From: Ptychomitrium polyphyllum
Taxonomy: Eukaryota
DNA length: 64,000 nt
Assembly: GCA_973851085.1 (NCBI GenBank)
Contig: OZ316776.1
Location: 12,710,001 to 12,774,000, forward strand
Direction: 5' to 3'
Within the stretch, counting starts at the first letter, position 1; every line of letters starts with the position of its first letter. This document shows, one piece after another, positions 15,101 to 27,270 of the stretch. The notes beneath the pieces are model-generated. The model searched no databases. It was not told the DNA's origin and saw only the letters and a program-made list of their open reading frames with translations. The translations under genes and the position numbers were made by a program.

Positions 15101-18100
15101 CACGAGCTTTACCAGTCAAACAGGCGAGAGTAGATCGTCTTCGCCAAGGTGTCGCGGTTAACGGTGGCTTGATCCACATTCAAAGTCATTGTGATATTCC
15201 CATCCCGTGTAACGAGGACTCGGGTACACAGTGAATCCAACAGCCCCTTCGGTTCACATCTACCAGAAAGAGAACAGACAGCCAGTAAGGTACCATACTA
15301 ACATGATTTAGACCTGCGTAAGCCATCGACAACAGAAAAATGTTACACAGGAATCCGGAGTTCTAGCGCCAAGACATCTTCCTAACAAAGTGGTATAAAT
15401 CATGGCTTGCGAGGGAGGGAGAAACGTGTGTGTGACGTGGGACTCACTGGAGCAGCTCTGCAGCAGCCTCCAGATGGAACTTGGACTTCTCATCTTTGAG
15501 CTCCGATGAGTCGGAATCTGGCCCTGCGACAAAGTCGATATTTCCCAAATGTAGCACTGATGCTACTACCCGAAAAATGGCTTCCTGGAGCACAAGACGT
15601 CGGAACACATCGAATCAGCACGAGAACTCGATGGAAGTGAAATGAGAACAGCAAGATTTACAGGATGGAGAGACATACTGACTGTGGCACATGACTTGCG
15701 ATCGACTATGGAACACTGGCAAATGTTTAGGGCCACTTGGTTACAGTTGCCCACAACAAAGAATCTAAAATGCCACCTAAGGTCTGCCAGAAAATCATCA
15801 GACCTGCTCGTCTGGGTTGATACCCACGACATCCATAGCCCTGCGAGTCTTCACATATTCCCGACCGTTGCTCACACCGCTCAACTCAAAACAGTCACTT
15901 TGATTCAAGTAATGAAAACTTTTCGGATCCCCCAGCTTGTATCTTTCGCAATCCTGAAAAAACAACTATTCGGTCAGCAAAACCTAGTCCAACATTGAAG
16001 AAAGACACAGTGCCTCCAATGCACTGTCGAACTTAACGACTCTTCCATGGTCACTCCCATCCCCCTACTGCACGTGGGTCTCGTGTGCTTGGATCACGTC
16101 GCTCGCGTCCCTGCTTGCCTGAGAACAAGCACGGACTACGTAACGATCCACCGCACATACCACACCGAACAGGATGTCCAATCTTCACGTGGGTATGACT
16201 TGTACCTCTGGTGACGCACACAGCTGGTAAAAGCAGTGGTAATTTCTTTCAGGGTCTGCAATTTGCACAACTCGAGATCTCTCCAGCAAGTACGTACGCA
16301 CAGCAGCGCCAGATATTCGGCCACTCCTATCGAACTGGATCTCCACGAACTTACCGAATCGGCTGATGCCCACACAACAGCAGAATTAGTAGCTGTCTGC
16401 TTCGGATATCCAGCTAATCCCCGGGTACCAGCACACGACAATCGTACGAGGCTGCAGGACTGTGCCTGCCAAGTGCACACAGAAAACTCAACGTACCTCG
16501 AGTTGTCGTTGCGAACTGTCTTGGCATTTCCGAAAGCTTCCAGAAGCGGATTGGACTGCACATCGAACAAACCAGAGAGCATCATGTGAGTACAGGAGTA
16601 TCGCCCTCCTCTGCCTCCATTGCGCCTAAGCCTCATGTGTTCTTACCACAGTGCTACACACTAGATTCTTGTGTCGGAGTTACCATAGTTATTCTTATGT
16701 TCGTTCAACATTATGCAAAGGAGCAGGTAGGCCCTCAACTGTGTACAACTGATGTACTTTCTCGATAACAAATGCCTTTTCCTTCGGACCTTTCTGCAGG
16801 GACCTTATCTTTTCACCTCTCTTCCAGAAGTTTGATAGATTTTTACGCCTTTTCTCTTTCGTGGATTTGCTTTCATCTATCCTTTCTTGAATCTGCTGAG
16901 ATAAGGGTTGCACCTTCTCAAGCTCATTTCAAGCACAAACAAAAGGATCTTCCCTAGACGTGACCAGTGACGGATTTGCTTTCATTACTTAAATCTCCCA
17001 GTTTAACTTACATCTGCAAACATGCCATGCGTGACTTTCCATTATGAGCGTCAAATGTTTATGGACATCCCGATTGCAACCATCGTGCTCGCTTACATGA
17101 AGCGGCAACCCATTCATGAACTCATGGTCCTCATTGTACTTCTGGACTGCACTCATTATAATTCTCAATTCAGACTGGATTGCTTCGACCGACGCAAGTA
17201 GTAGTCTTGTTCGAAACGAAGAAAGCCAGAGGTGCAAATCCCAACTGATCACCGTGACGTACTGGATGTCAGACACGGTGAAACGATGAAAACCCCGAAG
17301 GATGCTCGACAAATGAGGATCACAAATCAGGGGAGATTCTCGAAGTCGACATCTCAGCATTGCAGATTCGTGAAGCACATCGAAGGAGGTGAAAGAGAAC
17401 GCACCTCAAGAACTTGTTGCTCAACAGTTCGCCCATCGGTGTTGGCTCGGCCACCCATGTAAGCCAAATACTGCATGATCAACTTGGTTGTCTCTGTCTT
17501 TCCAGCTCCACTCTCTCCACTCACCAGTATAGATTGACTCCTCTTCTCATTGATCATTGCTCTGCAGTACAACACAGGCTCTCGGAGTTAGGTGCAAGCT
17601 TCACGGTCCTACACAACAAGGCTACCATTCATCAACAATTCGTCGCTTTACAGCGCATTACAGCTCTTTCAATCTGCATGCAACTTCAACTCGTCACCTG
17701 GACCGAATAACTGGTGACCAGCACTCACAGAAGTGGCCGTACTGTATGTAAACGAGGGAAAATCATCAGCCAAGAGTGAGCATGCGCACATCGTGTGCTT
17801 ATCGTGCACCAAACCCGTGCCAATAAACACGCATCACTGTACGCTTCTCTGTTTTGGAGGTAAGGTAGATATACCTGTATGAAGCATCCGCCACTGCAAA
17901 GACATGAGGGCTGAGCTCTCCAAGTGGTGCCCCCCTATATTGCTCCATCATATGGCTATTGTACAAGTGCGGCAGCTTCACGAAGGGATTGATCGCAATC
18001 AAGATATTCCCGGTGTATGTCTGCCATCCACCACCAGCAAATATTGTTCAACACCGAGTCTGCCAGCTCTTCCAGTATACGGCCACAAGAGAAACGAGTA

Positions 18101-20068
18101 ACCAGGATGCAAGTCAGGGTCGTTTGAAAAACTCACGTAGATCTCATCCAGTTCATATCTACTTGCAAGGTTGTACAACACTCCTGGCTCATGCAGATAT
18201 GCCAACTTCGTCATGTCGTCCACACCACCAGGCTGTGCATCTGGGTCCTTGGCATGAATACTTGATATGCTCGTTGTGACCTGCATCGGAGACAGTGACA
18301 CAAATTTATAGACCTGTAAGAACATCATGTACATCACTTATGAACACTCTACTGCGTGGATGCTGATGTGGAGTGTCGTCTCACAGGAAAGACATCGATA
18401 TGGCCTATGACGCGCCAAAGGCACTGACGAACGGGACACAACGATCGAGGGATTTCGCAAGTATGCGCTCTGTCACTTGCCTAAGCATCAACCAACGCAC
18501 GATTGCTCCGGCTACTTCTCAAGTATCCAAACCTGCTGAGGCCTTGGTCGAGCCCTATGTCCATGCATGCTGAAGAAAAGACGAACAAAGAGTATCTTGA
18601 CACCCACTAAGCTGGATGATCACCAGTTTCAAGCGGTACTGCATTTACCTCGTTTCCCTTGCTGGTGCGGACCGTGACTTTCTTGTCATTGATCTCGAGG
18701 GCCTCTCCTTCCGCCCAGGCCAAATCCGGGTCCTCCACCCAGACCTGGGCCCCAATCGCCACATTACCTGTTGCCGCCTGCACAAAACCAGCATAAGAGG
18801 TCCGCGTTCAGAAACACTCCCACACGAGAGCGTGCCCATTGGTAGCAAAGGTTATGACCATAAAACGAAGAGGATGGCGGAGTCCATCAAATGCCATACA
18901 TGGACAGAGCTCCAAGCAGATAGTCCTACGCCCAGATAAGTAATCACGGCCTGGAACCCCACCGGTCTGAGCGGAAAATACGGGGGGGAAGTATTGGGAT
19001 ATGACAACGTAAAATATCGACAACCAAGGAGCGTTCACGTGCCTCACGTCTCCGATCTGAGACTCGACCGCTATTATTACACGTGATAGGAGCCAAGGCT
19101 AGAACAGGGCACAGAGAGGCTCAAGGAAAAAAACCCTTCACACAAACGCCCCGGTGTCCAACTAACTGTGCGGGATCAGCATAACAGAACCACTGGCTCC
19201 TCAACGTAATAACTCCTCAGCTCCTACTGATCAAAGGGATCTACAACGATGGCGTTCGAAAATCCAGTCCATTTGCATTGCGAGCTCCCAGAGAAGCTGA
19301 TTTTGGTTTGAGCATGGCGATCAAGAAAATTCTCACCGCACGTTACCAATGCCCAGCTCCATATCCGAAAATCACAGACCTCGCCAATCGTCGCGAAAGC
19401 TCAACGAGCTTGTGTCTCTCGGTTCACAGAATAGCTGTCACCAATTCACCGAGGTACCAAGAGCCAGATAACAGGGGGAGAGCTGTGTGCAGCACGGCGT
19501 AATCAGGCCGTGCGCTCTATCCTAAAGTCCACCGCCCATTCAAATCTGAAGGCGATATCACACAAACAAACCGAATACGCAACGAAGAGCTGCATCGACT
19601 CGGCCAAGCTCATTCCTTCAAAAATGTGCACCAAAAAGTAAACCATCTCGCGTAAGAACCAGGAATCTCCAAAGCACGGAGCCACATTGCGATTCACCTA
19701 CGCTACTTGCCACACTAGCGACCGCATCTCCAATCCCTGCCACCGCAAACAAACTCCAATCCAAACCGCACACAGTCGCGCCCGTCCATTAGGTCATGAC
19801 GCTGGCATTAGAGCACCTCGTACGCCCCAAATTCCACCCCCTCGAGCGACGCAACGCCCCCCGCGGCAGCGCCACCGAGAGAGATCACACGCGACCAAAC
19901 ACCCGGCCACTGCCCGTCCGCATCAACACACAACGCAGCCAAATACAGCGGCAACCTAAACGAAACGACTCCGTCCAACAGAGGGCGCCCGATCCGCGCC
20001 CTCCGCAGCATTCAACCCTAAGCACGCCCGGCCCCGGAAATCCACTCCAGTCCTCCATCACTCACCAT
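6169..20068 (-). CDS. MyoXI: Myosin XI heavy chain (SH3-like N-terminus, motor, IQ neck, coiled coil, DIL cargo-binding tail), many exons
   Basis: ATG|GTGAGT at 20068-20060 splices to an exon reading [16 protein letters not shown]. Motor motifs: [19 protein letters not shown]-loop [68 protein letters not shown] motifs IQRQVR, IQKYWRG, IQCAWRG. DIL region [24 protein letters not shown]. Stop TAG at 6171-6169 after [10 protein letters not shown]. Confidence 0.97.
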
Positions 20069-20650
20069 GACGGCGCCACGCGAACTCCCCGCCTGCGATC
20101 AAATCATCCACACCGGCATCGCCCCCGGCAGAGCGGAATCCCGACCGGGCGATGGGCCGATCCACGAAGCCCGGCTCCTCGCCCACCCCCCGCGCAGCTC
20201 CTTCCCCCTTCCCGCACGACGCCCCGCAATCCACCTCCCCGCAATCCTCCGCTGGCTCCCGGCGCTCCGCCCCGCTTCCTAGAGCCCCCTGCAAGAAAGA
20301 GCACAGCCGTAACTCTGCGCCAGCAATGGGCCACAGCGAAGGGGCCGAGTCGTCGCCCCGTGACAAGATGGCTCGTAGCAGCGCTGCCGGACAGGCCAGC
20401 AGGGAGCAATGCCAAGGGAACTGCGAATGAACACGGCAAGCGAGAGCTGTCGTTGCAGATCCTCATGGCCCCTGCCCTGCAGAATTTGGAGCTGTAGTCG
20501 GAGGCGGGAACGGCGAGAGGCCGGGCCGTGATTTGGTGCCGTCGATCACGTTACATCCTGCGCCCCCCGCCCCCCGGGCCGCGATCCCCACCCGCTTCAC
20601 TGTACCCGAAATCCGGACATCCGCCTTTCCCGCGGACATCTTTCTCCGGA
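19800..20650 (-). promoter_or_regulatory. GC-rich island covering the myosin XI first exon, leader and proximal promoter
   Basis: Sharp CpG-rich stretch around the ATG exon at 20068, followed by a very AT-rich spacer from about 21050 to 22700. Confidence 0.5.
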
Positions 20651-22714
20651 AGTCTAGGCCGTTCCTAGATGTTGTCGGGTTTAGGAACTGGGCTTGGTGG
20701 GAGCTACTTAACAGGCTTCTATGTCTGGATGGTTCGCGTATTTGGGAATGGTTCAGTTGAAAGTTTCTATTGAGAGACGTGGGGTTCAGTTCAAGTTTGG
20801 GCCTGGCTCTGCATTTGACTCAGCCAGCGTCTGCACGTATGCAGTCGTTTCCAGCTCATGAATCATCCGTCCTCGTACAAGTTCCTCTGCGGAATGATTG
20901 TTATATTTGGAGTGCGTCGGAGGTTTGCGTTGTGTTTGTATGTACCCGCTGCACTCGCACTAGTTTAAGCACTTCTAGAAACTGAGAAGAACTTTACCCT
21001 TTACCCCCTGGTCGAGCTCTTTCTGACAATGCTGAGACACAGCTATTGTTGGTTTCATTGTTTAGGAAGTTTTAGGTACTATTGTAATTAAAACGAAACA
21101 TGTTGTTTCTGTAACATGTATAGAATAGAATCAAAAAATTAATGCTTTGGTCATGATATAGCAAGTGTTATCTCTTATAAGTGTCTTATAACATTTTTGC
21201 ATAAATCTTGCATTTGTGATATGTTAAAGATTTATATTTGAACTTTTATTTTCCATATATGTGAATATATATTTATTAAATATATTACAACCATTATACG
21301 CCATTTTATGAATAAGTGGATGTTGAATGATGAAAATTGCTCAATAGCAATAAGGTATTGACAACAACCACAATGTCTTAAAATGAAAGTCATAGTTTGT
21401 ATGGTACCATTATCTATGAAAACATGTATTAGAGAAATGTTGTATTCAAAAACAACACATCTTACAAATATTTTAGACAATATGAAAACATGCAAGCTAA
21501 TGATTTCAATAGGGCACTATAGAATTGTCAATGTGCACATTTTGCAAACTTAATTTAAATAAAAGGAGTTTTTAATTTTTATTTTTCTTAAATCAAAAAA
21601 TATAATTTGTAACTTCTTTAACATACATCAAAATATCAAAACGTTCTCCAAATTAGATGAACTTCTTTATGTTAAAAAGACCTATATCTTCTTTTATAAG
21701 ATTTGATACTTTGAATGTTTAAAAAGCCTTTAATTTAAGGATTTGTTTTCTTTTTGTAGGCCATGTAATTCATAAATAAATAATTTTTGTATAATTTGTT
21801 GCTATTATATAAATCACAATTTCAAGAGTTTGATGATAAACACATTAATAGTTAAATTTAAATTATATATTTTATAAACCAAATTGAGATTTATTGTTTT
21901 GCAAGTTTATGTATATAATATAAAATTTGTTTCATTAACATGATTCAAAATGTTTAAATGGTTAAATTTGACTACATATTTAAATTTTTTCTTGAATTTT
22001 ATTTTTAACAAAATATTTAAAATTAGTCTTAAAAAAATTTAACCGTGGGTTAGCTTAAAAATTTTACAAACATACATTCATTTTATTGGTTTTTTAGGAA
22101 ATATAGTATTTATTATAACAATCAATTTATATATGTAAATATTTTTACCCTTTGTTATAGGCCTAATTTAACATTGATCTTAATATTTGTTGTTCTATAT
22201 TAATAATTGCAAATTTTGATGCAAATTTGTGATTGTTTTGGTTGCCTCCATTCATAAGCATATTAATGCATGGTCTCATATAGCTACCTTAATTCAAGAT
22301 GAATTAAAAAAAATAAAGCAATGTTTATGCTTTGAATTTATTAGCATTTCCAATTTTGAAAGTACACCTTATTTTCATATTAATAGTACATGTTAAATTC
22401 ACAATAATCAAAATAAAGAAGGAAAGTTCTATATGTAGATGAAAAGAAAGTACAGAAAACAAATTAAAACTAAATAATATGTGGATTCTTCCAATGGTTT
22501 ATAAACCTTTATAATATAACTTAAGTTGCTTCCATGTGAATAGAATTCTTGAAAATTGAAGAAAATGAAAGAAGGTGAAAATCATGTTAAAAAATATGAT
22601 GTAGAAACATAAGATGGAAGCAAACTAAGTTAGTAAAAGATAAAAAACGGAAAACCATGCAAATGATGTCACATTTGAATCATAACATGACAAAAGATAC
22701 AAAACCCTAGTAAT

Positions 22715-22834
22715 TATGAGCGTAAAATAACCATGATACTTTTTTCTGTTTTTTCGAGCATTGCTTTAGTCTCTAGTGTTATGGTAATAGGTGCTAAAAA
22801 TCCAGTCCATTCTGTTTTATTTTTCATTTTAGTG
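22715..22834 (+). pseudogene. nad6: NUMT: 5' fragment of mitochondrial NADH dehydrogenase subunit 6
   Basis: 22733-22834 reads MILFSVFSSIALVSSVMVIGAKNPVHSVLFFILV, carrying the plant mitochondrial Nad6 signature AKNPVHSVLF. Similarity ends abruptly after 34 codons. The left boundary is approximate. Confidence 0.85.
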
Positions 22835-22839
22835 AAGAA

Positions 22840-22940
22840 TTCATCCAAGTATCATATACGTGCATCACCCAAGTACCGCACAAGAATATCACCCGAGTGT
22901 CGCACACGGAAATCACCCGAGTATTATATCTATATCACCT
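22840..22940 (+). repeat. Degenerate 24-bp tandem repeat (core ATCACCCRAGT), about 4 copies
   Basis: Units start at 22840, 22864, 22888 and 22912, with a partial unit at 22934. Confidence 0.75.
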
Positions 22941-23404
22941 ATATTTTCACCTGGTATCAACTGATACCATTGAAGTAGAAACCCGTCCGGATGTTTACAT
23001 AGTTATTCTATGGAAAATCCTCCTACACGTTGACGCGCCTGTTTGCAAAGGATTAAGAATCTATTGGCAGTTCAGGCTCCGGAGCCAGCCTCTGCTCCGC
23101 TTGATGAAGCCAGCATAAGCATGTAGTAACCAAAATCAGCTCACGCTCCGATTGCCGCTGGAGCTGCCGAGCGCCGCCCGCTGCCGTCTGGTGAGCCTCA
23201 CTGTCGGCGCGAGAGCCTGTACAACAAGCGTCCACAGGTTTACAATGTAGCAATCTGGCGATATTCTCCTCAGTATCATCTGGTCATCGCACTAGTAATA
23301 CCCGGACATAACTGCAGTAACACCTAGTTATAGAGTATAGTGTGGACATACCTGACTCCCTTAGGGCCCGCGTGCTGTCTGTGCTGCTGCGCGTGCGTAG
23401 ACTC

Positions 23405-23428
23405 CATCGCCATCGCCATCGCCATCGC
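23405..23428 (+). repeat. (CATCGC)4 microsatellite upstream of the 23557 gene
   Basis: Read directly from the sequence. Confidence 0.9.
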
Positions 23429-23556
23429 GAGAGAATCTGCTGCTCTGCGTAACGTCGTGGTCACCATCGCCTGCCAACCGTGCGCGATGCGGTCCGCGTT
23501 CACGCGGATGCTCAACCTGTGAGGTCTGTGGGTGCGCGCATACGACCGGCGCTGCT

Positions 23557-26231
23557 ATGGCGGGGCTGGCGCTGGCGCTCGATCTGCTCCTGCAGCACTC
23601 TCCTGCGATCGCCTCCAAAGGCCTGCATTCCTCCTCCGCGCTCAACGCGCTCACGGCTACCGCAGCCGCTTCCTCCGCGGTCTTGTTTCTGGGGCCGTTG
23701 CAGTCGTCCCTGTTCGCCCTCTCCGATTCCAGGTGGGTACACTCTTACGCGCTCCGCGGTACTCTTTCGTCTTATCGTCGTTCTTGGTCGTGGATTGTGG
23801 GAGGGATACGGACCTCGTGATGGGGACAGGCTCCATCGCGCTCCTGTCTGTTTTAGGGTTCATCTTTCTCTCTGTGCGTGCAATTCTTTTAACTCGACGG
23901 GTTTGCACTTGTGGGCGATCGGGATTAGGTCGAGAGTGTCTATTTTGAGGTTGTGGGATTTGAATGTCTATGGAGGTCCGAGGTTTGGGAGAAGTCGGGA
24001 ATGTTAAGTTCGACGAACTATCGGTATGGGCTGCGAGCGGGCAGATTTGTTGTCACTGCAGTAGCCCTAGTCTGCAAATGTGACGCTATGCGATTCCCTA
24101 CAGGTCATCCGATTTTGAATTGCTTCGTAGTGGGAAGGTGAAGTCATGTTTTTTTTATGATTTTCTCTCTTTAGAAACGATCCTCAGGATTTGCAGTGTC
24201 AGGGATTTGAGCAAGTTCTTGCAATCTTTTCGTAAGAGGCCGTGTGGCACATCCAAAGGGGGATGATTTCGGGGCCGATATTGAGGCCTGGGAGGATGAC
24301 GATTGTCGTCAATTTTAGTTTTTGTGATTAGTTTGGAGAATTCTGAGAAGTTCCCACCGTAAGCACGGGTACCATGCTACGGTGCATTCAATACATGAAT
24401 TTTCGATTTGGACATCCATTTTATGCGAGTATCATCTGATTATGATCGAACTCGTTGACCTGTGGCATTGGAGGCCTATCTCTTGGACGTTGACATTCCT
24501 GTGATGCGTGAATTGAAACATGGACACAACGGGCTCTTTTTCGGCCCAGGCAGATTCAATCCGCTCCTGGTGTGCGCCACGACGAGCCGCATTGTGGGGG
24601 TCGTTGCTTACTGACGTGTTTTGGGTCTGGCGTTTTTAGGGACTGGATTGGGCGCGTTGCTTACTGTGATGCGGCAGTGGCAGACGCTGATAGGTGGGGG
24701 GACAGTGTGTGCGTGCCTATTCGGAAATACTCGGCGGGAAAGAAGTACGACATTGAGTTGAAACCCCTTTTTTCTGCGTTTAGACCCAGGGCGATTGGAG
24801 CAACAACCACCAGAGCTGTCCTTGTAAATTACCTCCCTTTGCTCGAGGCTTATTTGCAACCTCAAAATGACGAGTCCGGGGAAGATCTCGATCATCCTGT
24901 GCGGCCTTCTATCGACCTGGTTGTTCCATTGAAGCGGTCAGCCACACATATTTTTCGTGAGGTACATCATTCGCTACTATTTGTAGCCGGTCTCTAATCG
25001 CGACTCAGTCTGTACCTGGGTTGTGTGGTCACTAGAATTTTTACTTTGGTGTCGTTGCTAGTGAATGTGGTGTGCGTTGACACATGTTATGCGATTGCAT
25101 CCTTGCTTCCGGAGTCTTACTGTCCGTTGATATGTATCCCGCTTTGTCCATTTTAGGTTTCTGTCATCACCACAAGACGGATACTGGAAAGGGTAGCTGT
25201 GCATTATGTGACTGACCGCATGGCATGGAAGCTTCTCAAAGGTGATCTTCCCATACTTATGCCCGAGTATAATTGTTACTTGGAGCAAGTCGGTCCGGTG
25301 TATTCAATTAACCTTCCGTTGCCCTTTCCTGACACTTTGTTGTGGCGAAGGGTTTCTTCATGTTTTTGTATCCTGCTACTGCCTTACCCCCATTGCTTCA
25401 AGTTTGATCTTGGTATAGAGTGTGCCACGAGCGCTTGTCAGTAGGGTTTGCTAGAGATTAATCCGTTGAACGACTTGCAGATATTCCGAAGTCCGCAGTC
25501 CGCAAAGCAGGGAGGGATTTGTCTCTTGCGGAGATGTGTACCGCTGTTTGCAAAACAACTTTTCGAGGTGTGATATACTTACGTTGGTTCAAACTCAACA
25601 CTTACAGTTTGTGGCATTACAGTAGCGTGTCTCGTTTTCATTTGTAAAGTAGTATCCTCTGGTTTATTCGATGTTGGTGTCCTTGTCTGGTGCTAAGACT
25701 ATAATCCTTGTTTGTAATGGTGGCTGCAGCTCATGCATTAGGAGTTCTCGCCAATTGGATGGTGCAGGTGGTCATTGATTTCTATAGAAGCATTCGTGTA
25801 TCTTTTACAGTGAGGTCGAAGGAGGGCAAGCCGGTGGGACTGGATTCCAAAGAGCTCAAACGGTTGGCAAGGAGAACAGTGGGAAACACAGTCAAGGGTA
25901 GTGCATCGCTTATTCTAGCCTCGGTTGGGGCTGGCCTTGGCACTGTCCTCATCAGGCCCTCTACCGGAACTTGGATCGGTAATTCTCCACAGCATGTGAA
26001 CTTGGCGTATTCTATTTTGGTTGATTTATTCATGTATATTTTCACCATTTTGGGGTTTTCTCCCACACACTTTTCGGATACCTATCCTGCGCTGTGCGTG
26101 TACTGATTGACTGGCCACTCATGTATGCAGGCTGCGCTGCCGGTGATTTTGCGGGGCCTTTCCTGGTAGGCCTTTGGTTGGACACCTGGATTGTGTATGG
26201 CAGCTTCACTCCTGGAATGGACAAAGGGTAG
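23557..26231 (+). CDS. Plant protein of unknown function, probably organelle-targeted and membrane-associated, about 6 exons
   Basis: Ser/Ala-rich exon 1 (MAGLALALDLL...SDSR|GT), then exons reading DWIGRVAYCDA...KKYDIELKPLFSAFRPR...LKRSATHIFRE, VSVITTRRILERVAVHYVTDRMAWKLLK, DIPKSAVRKAGR...KTTFR, AHALGVLANWMVQ...GAGLGTVLIRPSTGTWIG and CAAGDFAGP...GMDKG*. All have GT-AG boundaries. Stop at 26229-26231. Confidence 0.8.
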
Positions 26232-26949
26232 TGAGTACACATTCTACGTAATAGCATTAAGGCATGTCTGAAATCAGTTCAAACAGCTTTTTTTTTTTTT
26301 TTTGGAAATCTACATGGCCAGAGCATGTGCTGTGGAAGATGATAGGACGAGACCAATTAGTTTATACCAAAGATTGGACTTGTGATTCTGTTTGTTAAAC
26401 CCCAAGGGAGGTAGCAACCAGTAAGTAGTTGATGAAACGTTCCATTTTTGCCAAGGTCAATGGAGTTAAGTATGAGTTAAAGTTATGGATTCTTTAATGT
26501 ACCTTAGTAATAAAATTCTATGATCAATGACGTAGAACTATGTTTTCAAAATGTTCAAAAAAATTTGTTTGAATTTTTTTAGTTCATGCTGTTGTGCAAT
26601 TGAGAAATTTAAAAAACTCACCACGTATAGAGTATAGCATTTGAAATCCAGCACAACAAATTTTTTACTCAAAAATTATCAACAGTCTGTTTCTAATCAA
26701 TTTTAGAAAGAGTTTTAAATTTTAAATTCTACTGAAATATATTGATGATATAAGTCTTAAATTATAATTCAAACTTCGAAAGTGTTAATTGAACATTAGT
26801 TTCAAACTATCCATCCAAGTAGTATTTTGCGATGGATACCTTGTAAAGCTGAGTGTTCTGAGTTTGGGAAACTTGTTAACTGTTGACTTGAGAATCTCTA
26901 CTGTGTAAATTTGACGTTTGGGTATGATATCAAAATGCACGTGTTATAT

Positions 26950-27270
26950 CTACATTAATTTGATGCCATCTTGACATCAAAACAACATCAAAATGGAATA
27001 GATTTAGATGTTGTCAAAATGGTATTTGGACATAATGACATTAGAATTAAAATAATGTCAAAGAATACAAAAATTAACATTTTATGTGATTTTAATGTGA
27101 ATTTGAAGTTATTTCTATATCATTTGAGTTAGTGTCATTTCATGTCATTATGATCAATGACACTGTCATTTTATGTCATTTATATGATTTTAAACATTGT
27201 TTTTAATCCAAGGCATTTTGATGTCATTTTGGCAACATTCGACTTTGTGTCATTTTTACATCCACATATG
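26950..27270. repeat. AT-rich degenerate ATGTCATTT/AAATGACAT repeat cluster with fold-back tendency, possible MITE remnant
   Basis: Many tgtcattt, gacat and acatcaaaat words, with orientation biased to opposite halves. No clean TIR or TSD identified. Confidence 0.35.

Noticed and set aside
19796..20497. 233-aa Pro/Arg-rich ORF and overlapping ORFs
   Set aside because: Expected stop-poor frames in the GC-rich myosin promoter and first intron, with no recognisable domain.
22840..22940. Repeat-spacer-like array resembling a mini CRISPR
   Set aside because: The core is only 11 bp, the spacers are 13 bp and related to each other, the context is eukaryotic and there are no cas genes. It is a degenerate tandem repeat.
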